This document shows, piece by piece, positions 41,957-52,677 of a stretch of 64,000 bases of DNA. The position numbers and the translations under genes were made by a program. The DNA is from an uncultured Planctomycetaceae bacterium. Its GTDB lineage: Bacteria; Planctomycetota; Planctomycetia; Isosphaerales; Isosphaeraceae. The notes under the pieces were generated by a model. It was given only the letters and a program-made list of their open reading frames with translations. It was not told where the DNA came from and ran no database searches. The DNA is taken from assembly GCA_963833985.1 (NCBI GenBank), contig CAWIAD010000001.1, positions 1,792,001 through 1,856,000 of the forward strand, in the 5' to 3' direction. The first letter of the stretch is position 1; the number at the start of each line of letters is the position of its first letter.

Positions 41957-43714
41957 ATGACGACGCGGTGGCGGCCCAGGCCGTTTGATTCGGACCGGAT
42001 CGCGTCGCTCTCGCGGGCCGCCGGAATCGCTCCGCTCACCGCCCAGTTGCTCATCAACCGGGGCATCGATGATCCGCAGGCCGCCCGCGCCTTTCTGGAC
42101 GCGAAGCTGGGCCAGCTCAACGACCCCGAGACGCTGCCGGGCGTCATCGACGCGGCCGCGCGCATCGTCCGGGCCATCCAGGATGACCGGCCCATCGTCA
42201 TCTATGGCGATTATGACGTGGACGGCGTTTGCGGCACCAGCGTGCTGTGGGCCTGCCTGCACCTGGCCGGTGCCCGCCGCGTGCACTACTACATTCCCCA
42301 CCGGGTTGAGGAAGGGTACGGCGTCAATGCCGAGGCCCTCCGCAAGCTGGCCCAAGAGCACGCCCGTCCGCTCGTGGTCACCGTCGACTGCGGCATCTCG
42401 GCCGTGGCTGAGGCGAAGCTGGCACGCGAGCTGGGCATCGAGCTGATCCTCACCGATCACCATACCATTGGCCCTGAGCTGCCGACGGCCGACGTGCTGG
42501 TGCACCCGCGGCTACCCGGCAGCGTGTACCCCTGTGCCGACCTCTGCGGCGCGGGCGTGGCGTTCAAGCTCGCCTGGCAGGTTTGCAAGAGCTTCGGCGA
42601 CGGCAAGAAGGCCTCTCCGCACCTGCGCGATTACCTCGTCCGCGCCATGGGCATGGTGGCGCTGGCGACCATCGCCGACGTTGTCCCGTTGCAGGGCGAG
42701 AACCGCATCCTGGTGCGGCACGGCTTGGCGGGCATTGCCGGATCGCCCACCGTCGGCCTGCATGCGCTCATGCAGGTGGCGGGCTGCCTGGAGAAGTCGC
42801 GGCTCACCACGGGGAGCGTCGCCTTCAGCCTGGCGCCGCGGATCAACGCCGCCGGACGCCTGGAGCGCGCCATGAGGGCGGTGGAGATGCTCACGACCGA
42901 GGACGCCGGCCTGGCCAGGACCATCGCCGAGGAGCTGAACCTGGTGAACAGCCGTCGGCAGGAGATCGAGCGTGAGATCGTCGCCGAGGCCCAGGCGATG
43001 ATCCACGATGCGGGCGGACTGAACGAGCGCGGCGCGGTGGTCCTGGGGAAGAAGGGCTGGCACCCGGGCGTCATCGGCATCGTCGCCAGCCGGCTGGTCG
43101 ACTACTACCATCGCCCCACGCTGATCGTGGCGTTCGGCGAGGAGTTCGCCCAGGGCTCGGCGCGTTCGGTCCCCGGCTTCAACCTGTATGACGCCATTCG
43201 CGATTGCTCCGAGGGCCTGATCGGCTTCGGCGGGCACGCGGCCGCCGCCGGCATCAAGCTGACGGAGGCTCACTTCCCGGTCTTCGCCGAGCGGTTCGAG
43301 GCGCGTTGCCGGAGTGCACTGACCCCCGAGCAACTGGAACGCGTGCTGGTGATCGACGCCGAAGTCCCCCTTGCCGTCCTGTCGCGTCCCGTCGTCGAGG
43401 AGATCGGCCGGCTGGAGCCGCACGGCATGGGCAACCCGCGCCCCCTGATGCTGGCCAGCGGGGTGCGCATCCAGGGTGAGCCGCGGCTGGTGGGCGAGCT
43501 CAAGAACCACGTCCAGCTTCGTCTCGCCCAGGGCAATACCCAGGTCAAGGCGATCGGCTGGAACATGGCCGAGAAAGCCAGGGAGCTGGTGCCCGGCGTG
43601 TCTTGCTCGATCGTCTTTTCTCCCTGCATCAACGAATGGAACGGCCGCCGCGACGTCCAGCTTGAGCTCAAGGACCTGCTCATCGAGCCCCCCGCCCCGC
43701 CCCGCGATGCGTGA
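41957..43714 (+). CDS. recJ: Single-stranded-DNA-specific exonuclease RecJ
   Basis: YGDYDVDG, TVDCG, TDHH, APRINAAGR, GSARS, GGHAAAAG. Confidence 0.97.
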   Translation: MTTRWRPRPFDSDRIASLSRAAGIAPLTAQLLINRGIDDPQAARAFLDAKLGQLNDPETLPGVIDAAARIVRAIQDDRPIVIYGDYDVDGVCGTSVLWACLHLAGARRVHYYIPHRVEEGYGVNAEALRKLAQEHARPLVVTVDCGISAVAEAKLARELGIELILTDHHTIGPELPTADVLVHPRLPGSVYPCADLCGAGVAFKLAWQVCKSFGDGKKASPHLRDYLVRAMGMVALATIADVVPLQGENRILVRHGLAGIAGSPTVGLHALMQVAGCLEKSRLTTGSVAFSLAPRINAAGRLERAMRAVEMLTTEDAGLARTIAEELNLVNSRRQEIEREIVAEAQAMIHDAGGLNERGAVVLGKKGWHPGVIGIVASRLVDYYHRPTLIVAFGEEFAQGSARSVPGFNLYDAIRDCSEGLIGFGGHAAAAGIKLTEAHFPVFAERFEARCRSALTPEQLERVLVIDAEVPLAVLSRPVVEEIGRLEPHGMGNPRPLMLASGVRIQGEPRLVGELKNHVQLRLAQGNTQVKAIGWNMAEKARELVPGVSCSIVFSPCINEWNGRRDVQLELKDLLIEPPAPPRDA

Positions 43715-43768
43715 CATGGTGGTGCCCGTTGGAGCGTCGTCGCGGCGCTGGACGCGGACTACCCTTAG

Positions 43769-44003
43769 GCCCAATACCGTTGAAATAGCGTTAACGAAAA
43801 GGGGCAAGAGGCTTGCGACAGACTTGTTCCCACGCTCTGCGTGGGAACACCGGTCGGGACGCTCAGCGTTCCATGGATTTCCCAGCCTCGGCACGCGCCC
43901 AATCGACGCGGAGCATTGCAGACGGCATTCCCACGCGGAGCGTGGGAACGAGGGACAAACCTCTGCCTGCACTCAACTTATCGCTATTTCAACGGTATTG
44001 CCC
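43769..44003. mobile_element. MITE, about 235 bp, carrying an internal REP doublet
   Basis: Perfect 19-bp IR CAATACCGTTGAAATAGCG (43772-43790 / 43982-44000); TTAG on both flanks; no coding capacity. Confidence 0.8.
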
Positions 44004-44042
44004 TTAGGGCTGATGGTGCGTCGTCGCTGCGCTGGACGCACC

Positions 44043-45140
44043 CTACAACTCGGCGTCGATTTGCTGCACCTGGCCAGTGGTCGTGCTGTCGTAGCCGGGG
44101 AGCTCGCCCAGCGCCTGGCGATAGCTCGTGGAGCGGACGGCGGCGGTGAGGGCCTGGAGGCGGGGGTCGCCGGCGAGCCGCGTGGGGAAGCACAGGTCGT
44201 AGGACTCCTCGCGCACGGGGAAGAACGGAAGGCCCGCCTCCTCGCTCACGAGCCGCAAACAGATGCCGGCGTCGGCCCAGCCGTTGCGAATCGCCTCGGC
44301 CACGCCGCGGTGGTCGGACGCCAGGCGCCGGGGCATCGGCTTGCGGCCCTCCAGCACCTCGTCCAGGCATTGCCGCGCTCCGGAGCCATCCTCACGCCCC
44401 ACCCAGGAGAGATTCGCATGCAGGGCCGCACGGAGCGAACCGATCTTGCGCGCGGGTGCCAGCGCGATCCCTTCCTCCCAGCGGGCCACCCGCAGCAGGC
44501 TGTATCCGCTTCCCAGAGCAGCAAGGACCACACGGCAATGCCCCTCCAGCTCGGTTGATCGGCTGAGATGCACTCCAGCGGCATGGACCAGGCCGCGGCC
44601 CAGAAGGTCGAGGGCGGCACGGCTGGATCGCAGAAGCGGCAGCAAGCGAATGCCCGCCGATTCCGCCAGTGCCCGGGCCAGGAGCCCGACGGCCGGGTCG
44701 CAGGTGGCCAGCACCAGCGTGGGCGGTGCGCTCCCCGTGGCCGTGCCCAGCGGCTCGGGGTCGCTGCCGATGCCGCGGACGTTGCCGCGGAGGACGCCAT
44801 CGTGCGGGATCATCCCCAGCGCCGTGGATTCGGCCGGGTAGAGGCGCTCCACGCCCTCGTCCGCGACCGTCCAGAACCGCGCCGGGTCGCGGCCCGGCGG
44901 CCACGCCCAGACGCGCTGGGTGGGTGCCGCAGGGCGTAGCTGGAACAGGTCCTCGACGCGCCGCTCCAGGGCGGCCGCCAGCGCGAGGGCCGCGGCTGCC
45001 GAGGGGACCAGCCGTTCTATCTCGATGGCGCTGACGCCGGCCCGCGACAGCCCCGCGCGCCGGGCGAGCTCGTCCTGCGACCACCCTCGCCGCATCCGCT
45101 CCTGCCGCACCAGGCTTCTCATCGACAGTGTCTGCGCCAT
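44043..45140 (-). CDS. XRE helix-turn-helix regulator fused to a PBP-like (molybdate-binding-type) domain
   Basis: WSQDELARRAGLSRAGVSAIE; HAAGVHL, REDGSGAR, ADAG, ESYDL. Confidence 0.88.
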   Translation of the reverse strand: MAQTLSMRSLVRQERMRRGWSQDELARRAGLSRAGVSAIEIERLVPSAAAALALAAALERRVEDLFQLRPAAPTQRVWAWPPGRDPARFWTVADEGVERLYPAESTALGMIPHDGVLRGNVRGIGSDPEPLGTATGSAPPTLVLATCDPAVGLLARALAESAGIRLLPLLRSSRAALDLLGRGLVHAAGVHLSRSTELEGHCRVVLAALGSGYSLLRVARWEEGIALAPARKIGSLRAALHANLSWVGREDGSGARQCLDEVLEGRKPMPRRLASDHRGVAEAIRNGWADAGICLRLVSEEAGLPFFPVREESYDLCFPTRLAGDPRLQALTAAVRSTSYRQALGELPGYDSTTTGQVQQIDAEL

Positions 45141-45294
45141 GATCGTGTCGCCGGCCTCGGGTCTCCGAGTTTCCAGGGTCCTCACATCCGCAGCATACCG
45201 CGCGGCCGCCCGCGGAGTCCTGGTTGCCCTCCGCCGGCCCACTGGTTATAGTGGCTGCCGACATGATCGTGTCAACAACGGCCAGGATTGTATC
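45136..45294. promoter_or_regulatory. Candidate operator: three copies of an imperfect 14-bp palindrome
   Basis: GCCATGATCGTGTC 45136-45149, GACATGATCGTGTC 45260-45273, GCCAGGATTGTATC 45281-45294. Confidence 0.55.
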
Positions 45295-45334
45295 AGAACG
45301 ACGCCAGACTTCACCCCCCGAGCCGGTACCGACC

Positions 45335-46386
45335 ATGCGCAAGATTCGACGTACCCGTGGCTTTACCCTCATCGAGTTGCTGGTGGTGATCGCGATCATC
45401 GCGGTGCTGATCTCGCTGCTGTTGCCCGCCGTACAGGCCGCGCGTGAGGCGGCGCGCGGGCCCAGTGCGTGAACAACCTGAAACAGATCGGCCTGGCGAT
45501 GCACAACTACCTGAGCACGACCAATGTGTTTCCGCCGGGGCGCTTCAACACGCATATCGCCGGCCGGGGCAACTGCTGGGGCACGTACGCACAGCTATTA
45601 CCAGAGCTGGATCAGACGCAGATCTTCAACTCGTTCAACTTCAACCTGCCGCCCGACACCGACACGCTGTCCGCCTCCAATTCCACGGGCTTCGAGTCAT
45701 TCCTGACGACGCTGATCTGCCCTTCCGACTCGGATGCCGTGCTGGTCACGGTGGGCGGGGCCCAGTTCGCCACCCATAATTACAATGTGAACACAGGAAA
45801 TACCTATTCCGTGGTGCAGACCCCTGTGCCCCCGCTCTTCGGCGTGCCGAACGGAACGTTCTACGAGAACTCACGGATGAGCCCGGCGTCGATCACCGAC
45901 GGTCTGTCGAACACGGTGCTGGCGACGGAAACGATCCGGTCGACTCCGACGTCGACCTTCGCCAACGATCCGCTGGGGGTGTTCCTGATCACGGGGAACA
46001 ACAGCAGTGTCGCTCCGCCCATCAGCTCTGACGCCGATTACCAGTCGCTCTGCCTCAGCCTGCCCTCCAGTACCACCCAGTTCCAGGCCACGCGGGGCGT
46101 GCGCTGGCATTACGGGGCCCCCGGGCACAGCATGTACAACCACCTGCGACCGCCCAACAACAAGCTTCCGGATTGCCGGGGAGGGTTGCCGCACAGCACC
46201 CGTTCCGATCCGTTCTGGAACTGGCTGTCGCTGAACATCGCCGCGCGCAGCAGGCACCCCGGCGGAGTGAACTCGCTGCTGGCCGACGGCCATGTCCAGT
46301 TCATCAAGGACTCGATCAACGTGGCCACCTGGCAGGCGCTCGGCAGCCGGAACGGGGGCGAGGTGATCTCGGCCGACGCCTACTGA
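45335..46386 (+). CDS. DUF1559 prepilin-type protein (frameshift near 45460)
   Basis: [37 protein letters not shown]9-DG motif [14 protein letters not shown]. Confidence 0.93.
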
Positions 46387-46474
46387 ACCGTGTGAGGGGC
46401 CTCGCCGGTGGGCCCGGGCCGCGGGAGACGGACGTGTGCCCGCGTGTGCGTGGCCGGAGGGCCTCCGGCGGCGT

Positions 46475-47464
46475 TCAGCGGCCCTTGCCGAAGGCCATGC
46501 GCGCGCAGCCCGCGGCGCCGATGAAGCCGGCGTCGGCACCGAGCGCGGCGTACTCGATGCGGACCTTGCCCGCCAGCGTGGGAAAAGCCATGGCAGCGAT
46601 GTCGTTGCGGACGTCTTCCAGAAACGACTGGCCCGCGGCGATCATGCCGCCACTATAAAGGATGATATCCGGGTCGATGGTGTGCATGAGGCAAACGGTG
46701 CCCACGGCCAGGTAGCGGGCCGTCTCTCGCATCAGGCGAGCGGCCAGGCGGTCACCGGCGACGGCGGCCTGGTCGACGGCGCGGCTGGTGAGCTGGTCGG
46801 CCGGGATGGTGCGCAGCTGGCTGGGGGAGGGATCGTGCTCCAGGGCCTCGATCGCCCGCTTCACCAGGGCGGTGGCCGAGGCATAGGCTTCCAGGTGGCC
46901 GTAGGCCCCGCAGGAGCACTGGCGGGCGTTCTGCATCTGGATGATGATGTGGCCGCACTCGGCCCCGTGACTGTGGCGGCCCTCGATGATGCGGCCCTCC
47001 TCGACGATCCCGCAGCCGATGCCGGTTCCCAGCGTGAACAGCACCAGGCTGCGCGTGTTTCGCCCGGCGCCGGCCCAGTACTCGCCGTAGGCCGCGGCGT
47101 TGGCGTCGTTCTGAAGGACGGTCTGCTTTTTCAGTTCCTTCGCCAGCAGGTCGCGTATCGGCAGGTGGTTCCAGCCCGGCAGGTTGGGCGGCTCCAGCAG
47201 CATGCCGCTGGGCAGGTCCATCGTGCCGGGCGAACCCAGCCCGACTCCCGTGATGTCGTCCCACGAGACGCCGCTGGCCGCCACCGCCCGGCGCCCTGCT
47301 TCGGCCAGGTTGGCGATACCGACCTCCGGTCCCCGCTCGGCCTCGGTCTCCTGGCTCACGGAGCTGAGCGGCTGGCCCACGTCGTCGACCACGCCACTCT
47401 TGATGTTCGTTCCACCGAGGTCGATGCCAAGGTAGAAAGGTGGCTGTCGGTCACGGGCAGTCAT
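46475..47464 (-). CDS. ROK-family sugar kinase (glucokinase-like)
   Basis: GIDLGGT, NDANAAA, TLGTGIG, ECGH, CSCG..GHLE. Confidence 0.93.
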   Translation of the reverse strand: MTARDRQPPFYLGIDLGGTNIKSGVVDDVGQPLSSVSQETEAERGPEVGIANLAEAGRRAVAASGVSWDDITGVGLGSPGTMDLPSGMLLEPPNLPGWNHLPIRDLLAKELKKQTVLQNDANAAAYGEYWAGAGRNTRSLVLFTLGTGIGCGIVEEGRIIEGRHSHGAECGHIIIQMQNARQCSCGAYGHLEAYASATALVKRAIEALEHDPSPSQLRTIPADQLTSRAVDQAAVAGDRLAARLMRETARYLAVGTVCLMHTIDPDIILYSGGMIAAGQSFLEDVRNDIAAMAFPTLAGKVRIEYAALGADAGFIGAAGCARMAFGKGR

Positions 47465-47709
47465 GGCGCGGTCACCTCAACGATTCGGAGCGTTTCTGCG
47501 AGGTCATTACCTCTTGCGGAAGCTTCACCAATTTACGGCGCATGCAAGCCGAGGTCAATTCACTGATCGGAGTTATGTCATCTCGGCGGGGCGCGGATCA
47601 CGGTTTTGAGGCCGCTTCAAATCCTGTTCTAGGCTTTCTCGGATTCGTGACCCGGAGCCGGTCAAGCGGAGCACCCGACTGGCTCTCAGATCCCCAAGGA
47701 CAATTCCCG

Positions 47710-48354
47710 ATGGCCCGCCACCGTTTCGACCGGAGACGCCGCATTGTGCCCGGAGTCGAGTCGCTCGAGGGACGCACGCTGCTTTCCAGCGCTCCCCGAG
47801 CCATCCTCACCGGCCGGGCGGCCGAGCTTTCCACGAGCCACTCGCGCGGCCTGCCGGCACCCACGGCCGCACGCTGGGCCTGGCTGGCGAATACCTACTG
47901 GTATGTTCCGACTCCGAATCTGCCCGCGACGATTTACAATACCGGCACGGGCACGCTCGTTCCCGTGCTTGACCAGACCGTCTACCACATCACCGGGTAT
48001 CGTTCCGGATACTTCTGGGGCCAGACCGTGACCCAGTTCGGCACGGCTGCGCCGACGAGCTCCGCCCTGGTCGGCTCGGTGACTCCGCAGGGCCGCGTGC
48101 TGCTCATGTTCACGTCGTCGGCAAGCAGCGTTGAAGGCTATGGCGTGATGATCCGGCCGCACGGTCAGTGGACGATGGAGAACCAGATGTTCTCCTCCAC
48201 CTCCTCCGGGACACAGGTCGGCCACTGGGCCTGCATGGCTCAAACCAGGCCGGGACAGAGTAGCTGGAGGGCCCTGCCCGGGGTGGGAGTCTCCGTGCCC
48301 CAGTTCCTGAGCGCGTATTCCGCACCGGTCCCCACGCCGGTCTCTACGCCCTGA
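47710..48354 (+). CDS. Small secreted protein with planctomycete extracellular leader
   Basis: RRRRIVPGVESLEGRTLLS followed by an aromatic/Thr-rich beta-type domain. Confidence 0.75.
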   Translation: MARHRFDRRRRIVPGVESLEGRTLLSSAPRAILTGRAAELSTSHSRGLPAPTAARWAWLANTYWYVPTPNLPATIYNTGTGTLVPVLDQTVYHITGYRSGYFWGQTVTQFGTAAPTSSALVGSVTPQGRVLLMFTSSASSVEGYGVMIRPHGQWTMENQMFSSTSSGTQVGHWACMAQTRPGQSSWRALPGVGVSVPQFLSAYSAPVPTPVSTP

Positions 48355-48520
48355 GCCACGAGCGCCTCAAGCCACGAAAGGCCTGAGCCACGAAAGGCGC
48401 GGCGGGGCGGCTTTTGCGGCGCATGGCCTTCCGGCAGCCGGCTTCCGCGTATAATGAGGAATCGGCTCCCGGCGGGCTCCGGGGCTCTGGCTCATCTGGC
48501 TGGCTGCAAGAGGTCCGGCT

Positions 48521-49489
48521 GTGTCTGAACCAACACCCGGTTTGTCGTCGCGCAGAACGCTGCTGAGGATGGCCGTCTCCACGATCCCGAGCCTTGCGGC
48601 CGGTTCCGTCTTCGCGGCGCAGGCGCCCGGGTCGAAGCGGGACGACGACGCACTGCACGAGGTCTCCGCGGTGGAAGCACAGGCCAGGGCCGCTGGGCTT
48701 GGCCCGTTGCGGCACGCCAGGAGCCGGCACTTTCTCTCGGTGGGAGACGCCCCGGACGGCTATCAGCGAGACGCCCTGGCCATCTGCGAGTCGCTCGGCG
48801 AGGCCTTTCTGGCTCATTTCCGGGGCCGCGGCTTCACGCTGGACTACCCGGAACGCCCGCTCACCATGATCGTGCTCAAGGATCGTCTCTCGTACGCGGC
48901 TTTCCAGGGGAAGGAGCCCGGCAAGTTCGAGGGCGGTCACTTTGATCTGGACACCAACCGGCTCGTGGTCTTCGATTTCCGCAGCCAGCGTGACGAGATC
49001 GGCGAGTCCGCCGAGCGCGTAAATATGTTCACGTTGGTGCATGAGACAGCCCACCAGTTGAGCTTCAACTGCGGGATGCTGAGCCGCGCCGCGCAGCCGC
49101 CGGTGTCGATCTCGGAGGGCCTTGCCACCTACGTGGAGCTCTGGCGGCCGAAGGCGAAGAGTGCCATCGGCGCCGTCAATCGGGCCAGGCTGGAGGCGCT
49201 GCGCGAGGCAACGGACTGGATCTCCGTGGGCGATCTGCTCGCCGACGATCGCGCGTTCGAGGCTCGAACCGAGCAGCTCGCCTATGCGGAAAGCTGGGTG
49301 CTCGTGCACTCTCTGCTGGGCGCGCGCGGGCGGCAGGCACGCTTCAGGGAGTACCTGCAAGCGCTCCGGGGTGCGCGGCAGCCTGGCGACCGCATCCCGA
49401 TCGCGGAGAAGACGCTCGGGGCTCTCACCAGGATGGATCGCGACCTGAAAGACGACGTCCGGAAGTACCTGAGGCTGCTGAGCGGATAG
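48521..49489 (+). CDS. DUF1570-like putative zincin metallopeptidase with Tat-like signal
   Basis: SRRTLL leader; HETAH..SEGLA; YAESW. Confidence 0.8.
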   Translation: MSEPTPGLSSRRTLLRMAVSTIPSLAAGSVFAAQAPGSKRDDDALHEVSAVEAQARAAGLGPLRHARSRHFLSVGDAPDGYQRDALAICESLGEAFLAHFRGRGFTLDYPERPLTMIVLKDRLSYAAFQGKEPGKFEGGHFDLDTNRLVVFDFRSQRDEIGESAERVNMFTLVHETAHQLSFNCGMLSRAAQPPVSISEGLATYVELWRPKAKSAIGAVNRARLEALREATDWISVGDLLADDRAFEARTEQLAYAESWVLVHSLLGARGRQARFREYLQALRGARQPGDRIPIAEKTLGALTRMDRDLKDDVRKYLRLLSG

Positions 49490-49537
49490 ACGGGCCCTGG
49501 AGACTGGCTTTGAGTTCCGCGGCCGCCGGCGCGGCGC

Positions 49538-51485
49538 TCAGCCCAGCACCGGGTTCAGCCCCATGTTGCGGCGCATCTCGGCGCGCTGCTTCTCATAGTG
49601 CATGAGCAGCTTGCGGTCCTTGAAGTGCTGCCGCTCTTTCTTTCGCTGCGCCGCGACGAAAAGCCGGCGCATGCGCAGGCTGGTGAGCTCGCCGCGGCCG
49701 GCGTAGCGCTTGCGGATGCGGGCGGCGGGTTTTTCGCCGAACGCCTCGATGATCTCGTCCTCGAGCGAGATGAAGAACTGGGCGAACCCGGGGTCGCCCT
49801 GGCGGGCACAGCGTCCGGAGAGCTGGCGGTCGATGCGCCGCGATTCGTGACGCTCGGTGCCAATCACGTGCAGGCCGCCGAGTGCCGCCACGCCTTCGCC
49901 CAGCTTGATGTCGGTACCGCGGCCGGCCATGTTCGTGGCGACCGTGACCTTGCCCTGCTGTCCGGCCTGAGACACGATCTGGGCCTCGATCTCGTGGTTC
50001 TTGGCGTTGAGGATCTGGTGCTCGATGCCACCCTCGCCGAGCAGGCGGCTCAGCTTCTCGGATTTTTCGATGGAGCGGGTGCCGACGAGCACCGGTACGC
50101 CCCGCTTGTTCCACTCGATGATCTGGTCGGCGACGGCCCGGAATTTTTCTTCCTCGGTGGAGAAGATCCGATCCGGCAGCCAGACCCGGCGGCACGGTCG
50201 GTTGGTGGGAATCTTCATCACGCCGACCTTGTAAATCCGCCGCAGCTCGGGGGCGTCGGAGGTGGCCGTACCGGTCATTCCGGCCAGCTTCTGGTAACGC
50301 TTGAAGAAGTCCTGGACCGTCACCCGGGCCGCGGTGATGGTCTCGAGGGTGATCTCCAGCTTCTCCTTCGCCTGGATCGCCTGGTGCAGGCCGTCCTGCC
50401 ACTGCCGGCCCGGCATCATGCGGCCGGTGAATTCGTCGACGATGACGATCTCACCCTCGTGCACCACGTAGTCGCGGTCGCGCAGGTACGCAATCTGGGC
50501 GCGCAGGGAGCGCTCGACATACTCGTAGAGCCCGTCCACCGTCAGGGTGACGAAGGCCGGGTGAGCGCCGCGGGCCTGAACCTTGCGCCGGCCGACCGCG
50601 GTCAGCTCCGCCTTGCGCTCCAGCGGGTCGTACTTGTAATCCTTCACGCGGACCAGGGTGGCGGCAAGCTGGTCCGCCCCGAAGTACGCCGCCGCCTCTT
50701 CCTGCGTGGGCTGGTTATTGGCGCCGATGATGAGCGGGGTTCGGGCCTCGTCGATGAGGATGCTGTCGGCCTCGTCCACCACAGCGTAGTAGTGCGTACG
50801 CTGAACCGGCAGCTCGCCCTGCGCATGGTTCCCGCTGCCCAGGAAGACCTGCTCGAAGGACTTGCGGTGCGTATCGCCAAGCTGGAGCCGCTTCAGCTCG
50901 TCACGCAGGAAGTCGAAGCCGAACTCCTTGCTGGTGCCGTAGGTGATGTCGCTGGCATAGGCTTCCCGGCGCGAGGAGTCCGACTGGCCGGTCTGGATAC
51001 AGCCGACCGTCATCCCCAGCCGGTTGTAGATCGGAGTCATCCACTCGGCGTCGCGGCGGGCCAGGTAATCGTTCACGGTGACCACGTGGACACCCTTACC
51101 GGGCAACGCATTCAAGAAGGTGGGCATGGTGCCGACCAGCGTCTTGCCTTCACCGGTCTCGAGCTCGGAGATGCACTGATTGTGGATGGCGATCCCGCCC
51201 AGGACCTGTACATCGAAATGGCGCTGGCCGATCGACCGCTTGGCGGACTCGCGCACCAGCGCGAAGGCCTCGACCAGCAAAGAGTTCAGTGAATCGCCCT
51301 GCCGCGCGCAGCCGCAGGTCGTGCGATCGCTGCTTCAGCTCATCGTCCGTCAGCGCCTCGATTTCTGGCTCCAGCGCATTGATGCGTGGAACCAGCAAGG
51401 CAAACCGGCTGAAGCGGCCGGTATTCGTGGGCCCGCTCAGTTGTGAGACCCGGTTCATCCACATCAGACCAAGGCGGTTGGACAT
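49538..51485 (-). CDS. secA: Short SecA paralogue, about 650 aa (frameshift near 51300)
   Basis: TGEGKT, VTVNDYLARRD, DEADSILIDEARTP, GMTGTA, ATNMAGRGTDI, RIDRQLSGRCARQGDPG. Confidence 0.9.
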
Positions 51486-51664
51486 GGTGCACGAACTCCT
51501 CTTCTCCCGGCAGCGACCGGCACCTGGCAATGACTGACTCTTCGAGCCGCCTGCGCCGATGAGCGGGCTCGACGGCCGACCTCACCGGACATTTAACCTA
51601 ACAGGACATCCAATCGAGCGGATGTCCCGAGCTTGAACCGATTCGCGCAAGGCCCGCACCGGGA

Positions 51665-52672
51665 TCACTCGGTTTTCACGGGTTTCAGGTCTCCATGGAA
51701 AAACGCCCAGAAATCCCGCTTCGATAGCACCCGGGGCGAGACCGTGGCGGCCCACCGGGTCATCAAGTTCCATTTTTCCTCGGCGCTGAGGTTGCCGCTG
51801 GTTTCCGATCCCGGGCCCTCGCCCCAGAAGATCATGGCACCCTCGACAGTCAGGACGAACAGGCCGCGCGGGTCGGTGATCACGATGGCCTTGATGCGCA
51901 GGGCCGGCGCCAGGGCGGCCTGGGCGGTACGGTCCGGGTGCTGGAAGAAACCCGCGAGCAGGGCGGCCGTGGCAACCGAGCGCGCCAGTCTTGGCCCTTC
52001 GAGCTCGGGGGCCGAGGACTTCCAGGGCAAGCCCGGGCGGTTCGCTGGTGAAGGCTGGTCGAGCCCTGCGCCCGTGATCGTGATCAGGGGGCCCAGCTTC
52101 TCGAGATCAATGTCCCCGAGCGGCAAGATGACCCCGTGGCGGTCCAGGACCACGAACTCTCCGCGCGGAAACGGGATCACGGCCACCGGCTGCTTGTAGA
52201 CGAGGGAGACGGCAACGCCCCCGGGCGGATACTCGACGCGCAGAACGTCCTCGACCCAGGGGAAGAGCCGGAAATCCCGATCAATCCGCTGCGGCTCCAG
52301 GGCCAGCAGGGGAAGGACTTCCGCTTCCTTGCACTGCTCCCTGACCTGGCGCAGGAACGCGGTGGCGCCGCCGCGGAACCAATCCGGCGGCGGATTGGAG
52401 AGCTCGATCTCATGGAACCGGAGCTGGTACTGAGGTTGCTGCTGGAGCCAGCGCATCGTTCCGCGCGCGGCCTGCGTGGCCAGGTAGAGGACGGCCCCCA
52501 CGATCGCCAGCAACAGGCCCAGCGCGATCACGACGCGCGGCAGATCGAGCTGGCGCTGGGTGCGTACAAAGTCGAAGCGCCGGCGCCGGGGACGCTGTTC
52601 CACGCCGTCGGCCACTCCGTCCCCCTGCGCGTCCTGCACAGCGATACGAGGTGGTTCGCGGTACGCCATCAT
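51665..52672 (-). CDS. FtsQ/DivIB-like membrane protein
   Basis: One N-terminal TM helix, POTRA-like FPWVEDVLRVEYP..V.V.L.Y..PVA segment; lies directly downstream of murB. Confidence 0.6.
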   Translation of the reverse strand: MMAYREPPRIAVQDAQGDGVADGVEQRPRRRRFDFVRTQRQLDLPRVVIALGLLLAIVGAVLYLATQAARGTMRWLQQQPQYQLRFHEIELSNPPPDWFRGGATAFLRQVREQCKEAEVLPLLALEPQRIDRDFRLFPWVEDVLRVEYPPGGVAVSLVYKQPVAVIPFPRGEFVVLDRHGVILPLGDIDLEKLGPLITITGAGLDQPSPANRPGLPWKSSAPELEGPRLARSVATAALLAGFFQHPDRTAQAALAPALRIKAIVITDPRGLFVLTVEGAMIFWGEGPGSETSGNLSAEEKWNLMTRWAATVSPRVLSKRDFWAFFHGDLKPVKTE

Positions 52673-52677
52673 CCTTG

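Noticed and set aside
48352..48398. Short AGCCACGA triplication after the 47710 gene
   Set aside because: Too short and irregular to assign a function
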